61,608 nt of DNA, from positions 1 to 61,608 of the IMG/VR virus record IMGVR_UViG_3300032136_000005; one strand, 5' to 3'. Below are positions 35,301 through 43,630 of this stretch, in pieces. Under the pieces are notes generated by a model. It saw nothing but the letters and a program-made list of their open reading frames with translations. It searched no databases and was not told the DNA's origin. A program made the translations under genes and the position numbers. The number at the start of each line of letters is the position of its first letter. Position 1 is the stretch's first letter. The DNA is from a virus. Taxonomy: Duplodnaviria; Caudoviricetes.

Positions 35301-38300
35301 ACTTGAGGATCCCGGTTACTTCATCCCGGACCAGGATATCGAGCACGGTCGAGTCGATTTGCTTGGCCATGTTCTCGACGTTGTAGCCAGCTTCGCGGTT
35401 GCTGGTGACGACAATGATCGAGTAGGCATTGCTCTCATGCCATTCGCGGAACAGCAGCGAGCTCCCGGACTCCCGGTTGTCTGTGCGTAGGCGCTTCATC
35501 ATTTCGTCTGGCATTTCCTGCCAACCGACAACGGCGTGCCGGTTGTTCAGGAACATGACGCCAGTCTTGCCTGTGAAATACTCGTCGGCAATCCTGGTTG
35601 CGTCGGTGGGGCTCTCGATCAGCGGCAGATCGCCGGTGCTGTTGCGCGGCAGGATGCGCTCGAACTCCGGGATCTTAATGATCTTGACCGGACGCCCGAT
35701 AGGCTGCTGCCACTGCGCCATGTAATCCTGCTGTGGCGATTCGGCCTGCCCGTTCCAGTAACTCGCGAAGCCCTCCGGGGTGATCGCCAGGATCCCCTTG
35801 CCCTCGATGCCTGATCCCCTCAACAGCTGGTGGAGGCGCTTGGTCAGGTTCCTGTCGGCGCCGGATAGCTCCGCACGGCCTGATGGGTGGTTGTGGCCAA
35901 ACCAGACCTTAGCGGCCCCTTTGACGCCAGCGATGGCGCCCAGGGTATAGCGGGGGTCAACGCTGGCGCCGTCGACGGTCCCGACATGGTGCCGGATGAC
36001 GGCCAGGGGGCGATCGTACTTGTCTGTCACCAGGCTGACGAAATTCTCCTGGGCGTACTGGCCCAGGTGATCCAGGACATAGGCTGCTGTCTCAGGATTT
36101 GAGACATGGGTAGGCCCGCGCAGCTGGCCGGTGGTCTTGAAGAACACGCGGTTGCGGCTCTTGAACTCCTTGCCAGGTTTGATCCCGGAGGCCTCGGTTA
36201 CGAACATGTCGATCTGGTCGTCCTTGCCCTCGTTCACGACATACTCGACGCCCTGCTCGCGCACGCTGTCGAAGTTGCTGACGATCTCGGCGTAGCTGGC
36301 CAGCATAGCCCTGGCCTGCTCTTCCTCCTCGAAGACAAAGCCCGGGATCGCGCCCTGGCCCTTGTAGGCCGAGTAATACCCGCCGTGATCCTTGGCGGCG
36401 GCGCGCAGCTCAAGGTATGTTTCCCGTGGAACACGCTTGCCGGTCATCTTGACCACGAAAATGTCGATCTGCTTCTTGGCGTGGTAGTTCTTCACCAGCT
36501 CGGCGCCGTGCTCACCGATCTGGACGGAATCGCCCTCGATGGTCATCTGGCGCTCGTCGCCGGCGATGGCTGTCACTTCGCCGCGATCAGGCATCTGCAT
36601 GTCTTTGATGCGATCGAAGAATTCGGAGATTTCTGTGGCCTCGATGTCGACGCGACCGCGCTGATAAGGGACTTCCTCGGGGTTGCTGTAGCGATCCAGA
36701 ATCAGGATCCTGGTCTTCACCGCGGTACCGGCGCGCTCAAACGTGACGCGCGGCAACCCGATCTCGCCCATGACAAAGAACTCCTCCAGCTGCCGGAGAC
36801 GCTGGCGAGTCTCGGCTAGGTCGGCTCCCTTCTTGGCCTTCTTGATCTTCTCGCGCAACGCCTCGGCCTCGCCTTCCTTGCCGTAGATCAGCTCTTCAAA
36901 CTTCTTGTCGGCTGCGCCACCATCCGGGATCAGGGCCACGATGCGCCCGCCGTTGGTGAGGTGGTTCATGGCCTTCTGGACATGATCGCGGGCCTTGGGT
37001 CCACCCTTGCCGTAGGGCGGGTTCATCACGATGAAGTCGAACTTGGAGTCGACCGGGATATCCTCGAAATGCTTATTTTCGAAGTTTCCACTGCCAAGCA
37101 AGGAAATCTCGGCGCCGAGTTTCTGGCTTGGCTCGACGAACACATTGCGGGTATCTTCTGGGAAGAAGCGGGCAATGGCGCCATGGCCGGCGGACGGCTC
37201 CATGCCGCGCTCGCCAGGCTTTGGGTCTGCCCACTCGGCCATCTTGAGGCCCAAAGGCTCCGGGGTGGCGTAGTAGTCCTGGCCTTCGCGCTGGTCGCGG
37301 CGCTTTTTATTCTTCGCCCTAGCGTAGAAATAGGTGATTGCCTGGTCGAAGGCGTCGATCTCCTGCACGCGGCGGTCGGCCTCCTGGCCTCCGGTGCCCT
37401 GGTCTGGATTCGGCTCAATCACTGAGGCGTTCAGGTAGCCCTCTCGGAAGGCGACCTCAATATTCCTGGCGGCGTTGCCCATGGCCAGGTTTTCGGCCGT
37501 GCGGCTGCGCTCCGCTGCGCGCTGGGCGAACAGGAATTGCTCGAAGCTCACGCCTAAAACCGGATATTCGAACACTGCATTGGTCTGCACGCCAAATCGG
37601 TAGGTGCGGCCCTCGGTCTGCAGAGCATCGGTCGGGTGGGTTGGAAGGCCCATATCGATGAGTACGCGCTGATGGGTTCCGGTGATGTCGTGGGCGTCGA
37701 TACCCTCCTTGCCAGACTGGCGCTGGACAACGAGGATATTCACGCCACTGTCGTCCTTGCGGAACATCGCCAGGGCGTTCTTCTTGGCGTTGTCAGTCAC
37801 GGATCCGTTGATGAATGCCGCCTGATCGTTGAATTCCGCCTCGATGTAGTCGACCACGGACTTCATATTCGCCAGGGGGAGCTCGCGCAGATCGCTGTAG
37901 TGCTCGTTGAACAGGGCAATCTCGGCCCGCAGCTCCTCAAATGCAGCAATTTGCATGGCATCTGTGGGCATCGGGGGCGGCACCAGGTTCTCCAGGCGAA
38001 ATGGGTGCCCGCTGTGTAGCTTGCGGTAATCGTGAAACACGACAATCTTGCGCCCCAGGGCCAGGTGCTTGCGCACGCGCTCATTGAGCTCGCGGGCTTT
38101 GATGGCCTCCATCATCTGGCGCAGGGGAATGTAGCCGAACCTCCCGTCCCGCTGGATGGCCTGTGGCAGGATCTGGAAATAGGGCAAACCCTGGGCCTCG
38201 GCCTTGGCCTTGGTCAGATACTCGCCATCGCGGTTCCAGCCGCGCAGGACCATGATGCCCTGGTCGAGGCCTTCGCCAAGCTCGGGGTTTACCATGGGGA

Positions 38301-41300
38301 ACTGGCGACTGTAGTCAAAGCCGAAGTCGGCAGTGCGGCCTGACATGGACCCATCGGCCTTCAGACGCTCGTGTAGGTTGCGCTCCAGGAGGTCCACATT
38401 CACGCCGGGCTCTGGCTTGTTCAGCCGCCCGGTTTTCATGTGATAACCCAGGTTGGCCATCAGGAAGGCATCGCGCCCGCTGTTGGGGTCGTTGTAGGCG
38501 TTCTGGTCCTTAGTGTCCGGATAGTCAAAAAGGTAGTGGTTCGCGTAGTGCAGGGTCGTGTGGTACGGGAACGGGGTAGCGGACAGGAACACAGCAAACG
38601 TGCTGTCGGCGAGTTGCTGGAACTCTGGCGACACCTCAAGGGCCTTTGCCTGCTGCCAGCCGTCGGTGTACTGGCTCTGATTCTCGGTGCGCCAGCGGGT
38701 ATTGAGATTGTCCTTGGCCTGCTCTTTCAAAATGTCATCAGCTGGTACCGCAGATGGGCTTTCGTATTCGGCAGCGATCCGCTCCATTTCTTCAGCGGTG
38801 TAGTCGCGCAGGAATTGCCGGCGGCCGTACTCGAGCTCGCGCAGCAGCGGGATCCTGAAAGCGGCCTTGCTCCAGAGATAATCAGGGTGGGAGCCCATTG
38901 CGAAGTGCGCGGCAAGCGCCTTGGCCTCGTCGCTGGTCTGGCCCTCCATGAGCTTGTGCGACTCGTCGTAGACGATCAGGGTGAAATCGCGATCGTGCAG
39001 CTCCAGATTTTCCCGGAAATTGGCGTAGGTGGTGACATGGATTCCATCGCCGGCGGTTTTCGTGTCCTCCAGCTTGGTCGCGTCCAGGCCCATTGCCTGC
39101 GCGTCGTTGACCCAATCGGCCACTTTCGTCTGGTTGGTGGTGACGATCAGGATGTCGCTGGATCCAGTGAGGCGCTGGTGCCTATTCACGATACCCAGGC
39201 CGGTATACGTCTTCCCGGTCCCGGTCGCGTTGGTAAACATCATCCCGGTCTTTCCCTGCTCGACGCGGCGCTCCTGTTTGAGCACGTCGCTCTGCTGGGC
39301 CGGGGTAAGGTGGGGTAGGGTCTTGGCGATATTCTCGGCGTCGCCGAGTTTGACGGGCAGCTTATTGGCTTTGGCCTGGGCCTCGGCGAGCGCTTTGCGG
39401 TCTAGCTTTCCAGTTTCCGCACCAGCATCTTGCGGAGTGAACTTACGTCCGCCGGCTCCAGGCTGTACTCCGCTATCGCGATCTCTTCCAGGGACTTCTG
39501 ATTCGGGATATCCGGTATCGACTGCAGCAGATCCGGATTGTTCAGGCTCCGCAAATAGTCCTGTATCACCGTATTCGCCTGCAGGATCGGGAACAGTTCC
39601 AGATAGGCCACGATCGCCTTGGGCGTCGCCCCGTTGCGTGCCAGCTGCCTCGATCTCAGGTCCGACTCGCTCTCCAGCCGGCTCTGGCCGGCCTTCCACA
39701 GTGTCGCCAGCTGCGGCGGCATCGCGGGGTGGTTGGCGATCTCCTGTCTCATTTCCTGCGGGAACATCGACAACATTCTCGAACTCCTCTGCTTCTGCCG
39801 ACGCCAGGGCGCCGTCGATTTCCGGGTGATCCAGGTACTCGAGCGGGGTCATGCCCTCGCGCTCTACGCCTGGTACATGATAGGCCGAACGGTAAACGTC
39901 TTTCAGGTACGGTCTGACGTTCTCGCCCAGGGCAGCAAGCATTTCGAGAGACCATTCAACGAATTCGCGGGATCCCGCCTCCAAGTGGTAGATCCCAACC
40001 TGGACGACCTTGAACATGGTCTGCGGATCCACGCCGCTGTTCAGCTTGCCCAGATCCTTCTTGAGATCGTCCAGCAGGCCCTCGTATTGGTCCTTCGTGA
40101 CCAGCTTGTTCTTCTCGCCATAGCCCTTCTTGGGCTTGGACCGGCGGCGCCGGGGCTGGTTGGACTCGCGCGGCTTCAGGGCTTTGAGCGGGACAAACAC
40201 CTGGCCCAGGCGCCCGAAGTCGACATACGCGGCCTCCAGGCCGTCGATATCCTCGTCAAACTCGGTGATGCGGCCCTCGGTGTGCGCGGGGATCTGCACG
40301 GCGTCGGCGTACTCGCCTGGCTGCAGCACCACGTTGTCGCCCTTGGCGTACTGGTGGCCACTGCCAGGTTCCAGGCCAGGGACGTACACCGCGTTATCCG
40401 GTGGCAGATCCTCGGCGCCCTGGAAGTGGAAGTATTTGTCGATGAACCCGGTATGCTCTGCGCTCAGCGGCTCGATCGGGCGACGGCCCTCGGCGAACTC
40501 GATGAAGTTGGCCAGATCCTCCCAGCGGGAGAAAACCCAACCAGCCTCCTGCATGTCTGCCTGGCCCTCGAACGACTTGGGCTTTTTCCACGCTTGGCCT
40601 TGAAAGTGCCGGATCGTGCCAGCCAGGCTTTCCTTGATGCCCTGGTCGGTTAGGCCTGCCTGGCCGCGAACGGTCTCCGGGCGGGTGACATTGAAGCCGA
40701 GAATGTAGCGCATACCGCTGTCGGTATGCGTGAAGCGGCCGAACCGGAAGCTGACCTCCTTGGGTGGGCGCACCAACTGACTCTCGCGGTACTCCAGGAC
40801 GTACTGCTCGATCGCGGCGGCCGCGTCGGCCTTGGTGGTGGCGTTTGATCCGATCTTCTTGGCCGCGGCTACCAGGTTCTTCGACGCCATCTTGCGCCAG
40901 GCGGTGCGCCACTTGGCCGGGGTGTAGGGCCTGGGCACCAGCTTGTCGAGCTCGCCGGCGAGCTCCGGGTCGATCTCCTGCCCGGCCTGGGCGAATCCCT
41001 GCTGGATCAGATTGCGGGTGAAGGTGATCGCAAATCCGCTATCGCGCGCCCTGTGCTCGCCGGCCAGGCTGCGCACGGCAGTTTCCATCAGGCGCAGCTG
41101 TCCCTCGTCGACCTCGAACACGGCCTCGGTGTCGAGCACCTGGTCGCCGCCCTCCTCGATGTAGTGGGTAAGGTAGAGCATTTCGCCCTGGCCGTCGTTG
41201 TGGCGCTCGATCACCAGGTCCAGGTATGGCTTGTTTGGGATCCGCTTGTGGAAGTCTTCGCCCTCCAGCACCTTCTTGTGCAGGCCCATCGCGTGCAACA

Positions 41301-43389
41301 GCTGGGCGACGTTCTTGGCGGCGCCGCCGATCTGCTCGTCGCGCGGGGCAATACGGCCCTCGGGCAGGGGTGGCACGATCTCGTCCACGGTGACGTCGGT
41401 AATGCCCAGGCGCTCGATGACGTCCTCGGCCCAGCGGCGTGCACGCTCGCGCTTGAAGGTCTTGCCGGCGCGCATCTTGGCGAGCTCGGCGCCGATGTAG
41501 ATCAGGTTGCGCATGGGGTCCATGCCGCGGGATTTGATCTGCTCGGCCTCGATGTCGCGCGTGTTGATGGCCTCGCGCGGATCCCAGCCTTTCGCGGCCA
41601 CCTGGGTCCAGGCGTCGTTCATGTAATTCAGCGCCGCGGTGACTACGGTGGGCGGGATGCCTTCGACGGTGTTGATCTTGTCCGGGCCGTACTCCAGCGC
41701 CAAGGCCTCCACCTGGTTCAGTGGCTTGAAGGCCACCGGCTTGCCGGCGCCGTGCTTCTTGGCGTACTGCTGCTCGGCGACATCGAGGGCGCGCCCGATC
41801 CCGGCCAGGTCCGGCTTGGCGACCTCTGAGCCGACAAAGTGCCCGTCTTTCTCTGACCAGAATCCCAGGGTCGGTCCGCTGGCGATCCACTTTTCCATCA
41901 CGCCGGCCTGGCGATCGTCCGATATCGCGCGATACCGCTCGGCATAGCCGCGGAGCGTGTCGTTCCAGGCCTTCAGGTCTGCAGGCGGCGAGGCCCGTAG
42001 ATTGTCCTGGCCGTCTCTTTGTACAATCCACTCGTCCGGGACGTCCTGGCGGCGAGGCCCAACAGGGGCGCCGCTTTCGTCTCGGGATATCAGGTCTTCC
42101 GGCCTGGTTGCCTTAACCACGGACTCGGGCACCAGGTCGGGAGCACTGTTTTCTCCCAGCCAGGCCTTGATCTGGCCGCGCTGCTCTCCGATCCCGCCGC
42201 TGACCTCGGTCACGTTCTCCGCGACCAGGTAATCGTCTGCAAACTGGTTGATGACGTCGCGGTACTCCTTGCCGGCGGCAATCAGCACGTTGCGCAAGTC
42301 ACGCCCGGCCAGGGCCGTTTCCAGCTGCGCTCCAACCATGGCCTCGTTCTGGAGCTCGACCGAACGCGCGCTGGTCATCTTCTGGTCGTAGTCCGGGATC
42401 TCCGTGCCCTCGGTGATGAAGCCGTAGCGCGCGGAAAGAATCAGTATCGGGGGGCGGCGATCAGGCGGCACCTGGTCGAGCATCTGGTAGTAGGCGCCTT
42501 TGTAGCGGTCGATCGCGGCGATCTTGCCAGGCACTCCGGATTTCTTATCGCAGCAGGCAACGATAATCAGGTCCGGGCCGTCCTTCAGGGGCGGCGTGTC
42601 CCCCAACTCCTCGGCATACAGGTTGGCCGGGCTCTCGGGATCTTGCCACTGGCCGGTGAATTCCTCGATGGGGGTCAGGCGGGAGACGTAGACGTTCTGT
42701 TGCCCGGTAGCTGGGCCTTTCTTCCAGCCAATTGTGGCCATCTGGCGCGGGGTGCCGCCCGGTCCCTGGCTGTCGTACAGCTCCAGGACGCGGCCCTCGA
42801 TGGTGGTCTCGTTGCCGCTGGTGCCTTTGCCGGCTGACTGGTAGCGCACCATGTCGCCCGGGGCCAGGAATGACCCCTCGGTTACTTTTAAGTCTCCGAT
42901 ATTGCCGTCAGGCCGATCGAACAGGTAAAGATTTACGCCGTCGCCGTCTGCAGGACTCCAGTTTTTCGGGTCAAGGCCCTTGGCTAACGTCATGTTGAAA
43001 TCATCGCCACGACTTTCTGCTTCAGCCGTGTACTCGGCCTTCAGCCATGCGCGGATCTTTTCTTCGCCAAGACTGGCGCGCTTGTAATCGTGTTTCGGGA
43101 ATGGTGCTGTGATTCGCCCTGTAATCGTGCGGAACCTATCCCCCTCAAGCAGGGGAACGCGCTTCGCGGGTTTTGCCAGGCCGGCCAGCTCCTCAATCAG
43201 ACCTTTGTGCTCTGCCTGGGCGTAGGCGGCGACCTCGTTGAACGCCTCGATTGCGGCCTCCTGGGGTGACATACCGCCGGCAGTGAGCTCCGCGAAAGCG
43301 TCTTCCAGTGTGTTGAGATCGTTTTCAAGATCGAAGTCGAGCTCGCCAAGCTGGTCGCGCGCTTTCTTCAGGCACGTTGCAAAGGTCAT
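29359..43389 (-). CDS. Giant polyvalent/DarB-like internal virion protein, 4676 aa
   Basis: SF2 helicase (ATGTGKT, DESH, QTEGRTYR), N6-MTase (YYATP, EPSAGHG, NPPY), JAB (HNHPSG..LSGAD), HEILAH zincin-like, ART (YHGT, FTPS, EEVIAF), LPD38-like C-terminus. Confidence 0.92.
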   Translation of the reverse strand: MTFATCLKKARDQLGELDFDLENDLNTLEDAFAELTAGGMSPQEAAIEAFNEVAAYAQAEHKGLIEELAGLAKPAKRVPLLEGDRFRTITGRITAPFPKHDYKRASLGEEKIRAWLKAEYTAEAESRGDDFNMTLAKGLDPKNWSPADGDGVNLYLFDRPDGNIGDLKVTEGSFLAPGDMVRYQSAGKGTSGNETTIEGRVLELYDSQGPGGTPRQMATIGWKKGPATGQQNVYVSRLTPIEEFTGQWQDPESPANLYAEELGDTPPLKDGPDLIIVACCDKKSGVPGKIAAIDRYKGAYYQMLDQVPPDRRPPILILSARYGFITEGTEIPDYDQKMTSARSVELQNEAMVGAQLETALAGRDLRNVLIAAGKEYRDVINQFADDYLVAENVTEVSGGIGEQRGQIKAWLGENSAPDLVPESVVKATRPEDLISRDESGAPVGPRRQDVPDEWIVQRDGQDNLRASPPADLKAWNDTLRGYAERYRAISDDRQAGVMEKWIASGPTLGFWSEKDGHFVGSEVAKPDLAGIGRALDVAEQQYAKKHGAGKPVAFKPLNQVEALALEYGPDKINTVEGIPPTVVTAALNYMNDAWTQVAAKGWDPREAINTRDIEAEQIKSRGMDPMRNLIYIGAELAKMRAGKTFKRERARRWAEDVIERLGITDVTVDEIVPPLPEGRIAPRDEQIGGAAKNVAQLLHAMGLHKKVLEGEDFHKRIPNKPYLDLVIERHNDGQGEMLYLTHYIEEGGDQVLDTEAVFEVDEGQLRLMETAVRSLAGEHRARDSGFAITFTRNLIQQGFAQAGQEIDPELAGELDKLVPRPYTPAKWRTAWRKMASKNLVAAAKKIGSNATTKADAAAAIEQYVLEYRESQLVRPPKEVSFRFGRFTHTDSGMRYILGFNVTRPETVRGQAGLTDQGIKESLAGTIRHFQGQAWKKPKSFEGQADMQEAGWVFSRWEDLANFIEFAEGRRPIEPLSAEHTGFIDKYFHFQGAEDLPPDNAVYVPGLEPGSGHQYAKGDNVVLQPGEYADAVQIPAHTEGRITEFDEDIDGLEAAYVDFGRLGQVFVPLKALKPRESNQPRRRRSKPKKGYGEKNKLVTKDQYEGLLDDLKKDLGKLNSGVDPQTMFKVVQVGIYHLEAGSREFVEWSLEMLAALGENVRPYLKDVYRSAYHVPGVEREGMTPLEYLDHPEIDGALASAEAEEFENVVDVPAGNETGDRQPPRDAAAAGDTVEGRPEPAGERVGPEIEAAGTQRGDAQGDRGLSGTVPDPAGEYGDTGLFAEPEQSGSAAVDTGYPESEVPGRDRDSGVQPGAGGRKFTPQDAGAETGKLDRKALAEAQAKANKLPVKLGDAENIAKTLPHLTPAQQSDVLKQERRVEQGKTGMMFTNATGTGKTYTGLGIVNRHQRLTGSSDILIVTTNQTKVADWVNDAQAMGLDATKLEDTKTAGDGIHVTTYANFRENLELHDRDFTLIVYDESHKLMEGQTSDEAKALAAHFAMGSHPDYLWSKAAFRIPLLRELEYGRRQFLRDYTAEEMERIAAEYESPSAVPADDILKEQAKDNLNTRWRTENQSQYTDGWQQAKALEVSPEFQQLADSTFAVFLSATPFPYHTTLHYANHYLFDYPDTKDQNAYNDPNSGRDAFLMANLGYHMKTGRLNKPEPGVNVDLLERNLHERLKADGSMSGRTADFGFDYSRQFPMVNPELGEGLDQGIMVLRGWNRDGEYLTKAKAEAQGLPYFQILPQAIQRDGRFGYIPLRQMMEAIKARELNERVRKHLALGRKIVVFHDYRKLHSGHPFRLENLVPPPMPTDAMQIAAFEELRAEIALFNEHYSDLRELPLANMKSVVDYIEAEFNDQAAFINGSVTDNAKKNALAMFRKDDSGVNILVVQRQSGKEGIDAHDITGTHQRVLIDMGLPTHPTDALQTEGRTYRFGVQTNAVFEYPVLGVSFEQFLFAQRAAERSRTAENLAMGNAARNIEVAFREGYLNASVIEPNPDQGTGGQEADRRVQEIDAFDQAITYFYARAKNKKRRDQREGQDYYATPEPLGLKMAEWADPKPGERGMEPSAGHGAIARFFPEDTRNVFVEPSQKLGAEISLLGSGNFENKHFEDIPVDSKFDFIVMNPPYGKGGPKARDHVQKAMNHLTNGGRIVALIPDGGAADKKFEELIYGKEGEAEALREKIKKAKKGADLAETRQRLRQLEEFFVMGEIGLPRVTFERAGTAVKTRILILDRYSNPEEVPYQRGRVDIEATEISEFFDRIKDMQMPDRGEVTAIAGDERQMTIEGDSVQIGEHGAELVKNYHAKKQIDIFVVKMTGKRVPRETYLELRAAAKDHGGYYSAYKGQGAIPGFVFEEEEQARAMLASYAEIVSNFDSVREQGVEYVVNEGKDDQIDMFVTEASGIKPGKEFKSRNRVFFKTTGQLRGPTHVSNPETAAYVLDHLGQYAQENFVSLVTDKYDRPLAVIRHHVGTVDGASVDPRYTLGAIAGVKGAAKVWFGHNHPSGRAELSGADRNLTKRLHQLLRGSGIEGKGILAITPEGFASYWNGQAESPQQDYMAQWQQPIGRPVKIIKIPEFERILPRNSTGDLPLIESPTDATRIADEYFTGKTGVMFLNNRHAVVGWQEMPDEMMKRLRTDNRESGSSLLFREWHESNAYSIIVVTSNREAGYNVENMAKQIDSTVLDILVRDEVTGILKSLSQSGQMSGGGEQWFSKQNKLGRKPANSMPVADVEQAAGTFLEGLNNRVDVRITTIATQAERFPDIKEAVRAAYYAKTGELVLVAENIANKKQAIEAMRHEILAHYGLNLFDPKTKRAILEKIAASENMPGMAAVFAEVRKDNPNLAGDALAQAEEVFASLAEKPREGMAKVWDEIVTLVNKALRKLGLLKGVVTKAELRELVASIAEGIRTGKARRTTPTRSGPGRFSQERQSTTALYSYLARAIEDTPQAKATGQQWLGMLRKRGVKEAELAWTGVDEYLAERSNQSVARDELSAIAYAQAPEIRPLYGVIQEEFDEYDVETDTQEGDVREVDPSDEFLESNAEDYLADNRDDLVREWLRENDMEIGDDPELFEYPEDYEPTDEDLMPLAMNYANAQYYEFPEYEQSITIDGNYAGETLVSNEYTLQSGGEGDGWEALNSVGGLEGSNSDREDLIEELRDITVRETKEAAQEKLQQTGKPSIPADVTNDQLREAEYKDYALPGAEKSNYREILLQLQNMPATRTKHFSGGHWGDEDVMMHVRLTDRLDGSSRSTTLIEEIQSDWHQEGRKHGYEKVADTAQLEKLAKAKAAFQKEVEALEGEAAQQADLANDIMEEIYAVNDKHRLNNVLGTKIFGIYDKWHRFRQSQNAGGVAKPAGEITRSMAEEINRVADDYPAMAPFLGRLDPIRDELLDLTKQVVDFKLKVQEVSGRERAMNKGVPDAPLKKTWHEAAFRWAVWEAARNGTQLVAWTTGEQQAERYSLSRVADKIMLIPDQAGMVEIQAWNEGSVVKEESIEEAKLEEYVGAEIAKKYAAREGFERAKEYQVISVDQDGNEQNMGNYSRLIDAQARLTQENRKGNPPGMTFTNRINTIDAGYDVMTIEGENLKVGGHGMMMFYDRMLVNYAKKFAKKFGAQVKPGSIQVQGGAPYYENETVEVWTMEITDSMNETARKHGFPMFQKTATNNYGPADVTETEAFKAWFEGSKIADKDSKPIVMYHGTARGDIRVFDTNRAGDVQNVDWGPGVHFTPSSWMAEGYANDAAINTDPVGDKLYEAYEKKAKELGTSPMMEAIDLGYDSPKYRELKKFSQKWQDHRDQLRKAQRGYVYPVYLSIKNPLIYQYEGITDPFLVGQAKAQGHDGVVIVASDSDRPDWRDRIEEVIAFKPEQIKSTSNRGTFDSSNQDIRFKKQSSDLGTRAKVNQMSKVMSKMHEKLDSFGSIGTLPGREDYLKRRYKTLGQIASISDRAKELHAALAIAGEEAPKVFEYLTNAEVSPEIIENKAARKAAVQAKLQMMNTGRRLVDRGLLSEEVYEQNKGSYLPRLYLMHLLRDQDIVRMSTGKMPSDMGYLKQRKDIPEEIRKLILGEIRDPAFLASRGYGQQERDMAILDWLADIANNPDWILQQSIMEWSWTDREGETHTRKVTPFWLANEAKRLDAQIPHMPVEDQGKATEIMQGMKQAVADALSDEQLTSVPDGFKQIPNKPRFGVMRGLVVRKEIHDDIVGSMNVVSGDQSIAEQILGTGGYATKFTQLWKWMKVAANPPAQVRNFVSNGVLLHLSGVPFHRVPKRVIQAIRQIIAAGQGKPKSEWKGFYVAKKYGVTESTFAAQELFRMERDMLELEAKTKGQYTWVQLKLLWSKIMDVASDAYQFSEQIFKTAKIIDELEKGADPADAALQAQKWLFDYSLVTPSMRYLRNAPVGVPFLTFYMKVAPRLLETMVTAPWRFAPYLAIPYAMSALLEQAADVDDDDVEALRLALPKWLQDRGHAYFLPWKDSGGRWFAADFGYFLPWTMWSEMAKQVGRGEIGDAVKSTGVLGGPIPDMIAAVKTNVDPFTGREIVNKYDDPAKQAADLMNYLYKLSAPTWLTEYGVAGHMYRALNNTVDRYGQPKSTVPQAALRLFGVNTYAVDPVHSRTLNIKRARFEITEMIQRRNKQARDKNLTMEDRKELVADWNERIKRRVEDLRQYALQSKVHPNLQ

Positions 43390-43393
43390 TCAA

Positions 43394-43630
43394 TCACTCC
43401 TGGCTTGGGGTCAATGGCATAATGTCGAGCTCGCTGATGCGCCCATCGCTGTCTCTTCGGATTGTCACACGAACCGGACCCGCAAGGCTTATCGGGAGTT
43501 GATCCAATCCTGGCCCTTCTGGCGCTCCGGTTCTCGGAACGCCTGGCGCGATCGGATCGATAATACCCTGGCTGCGCATCCTGCCAAGCTGCCGCTGGCT
43601 TAGGCGAACCTTCTTCATTTCACCAGGCAC
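43394..43630 (-). CDS. Small hypothetical protein
   Basis: Fills gap between ejection genes; VTIRRDSDGRISE motif. Confidence 0.5.
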   Translation of the reverse strand: MPGEMKKVRLSQRQLGRMRSQGIIDPIAPGVPRTGAPEGPGLDQLPISLAGPVRVTIRRDSDGRISELDIMPLTPSQE

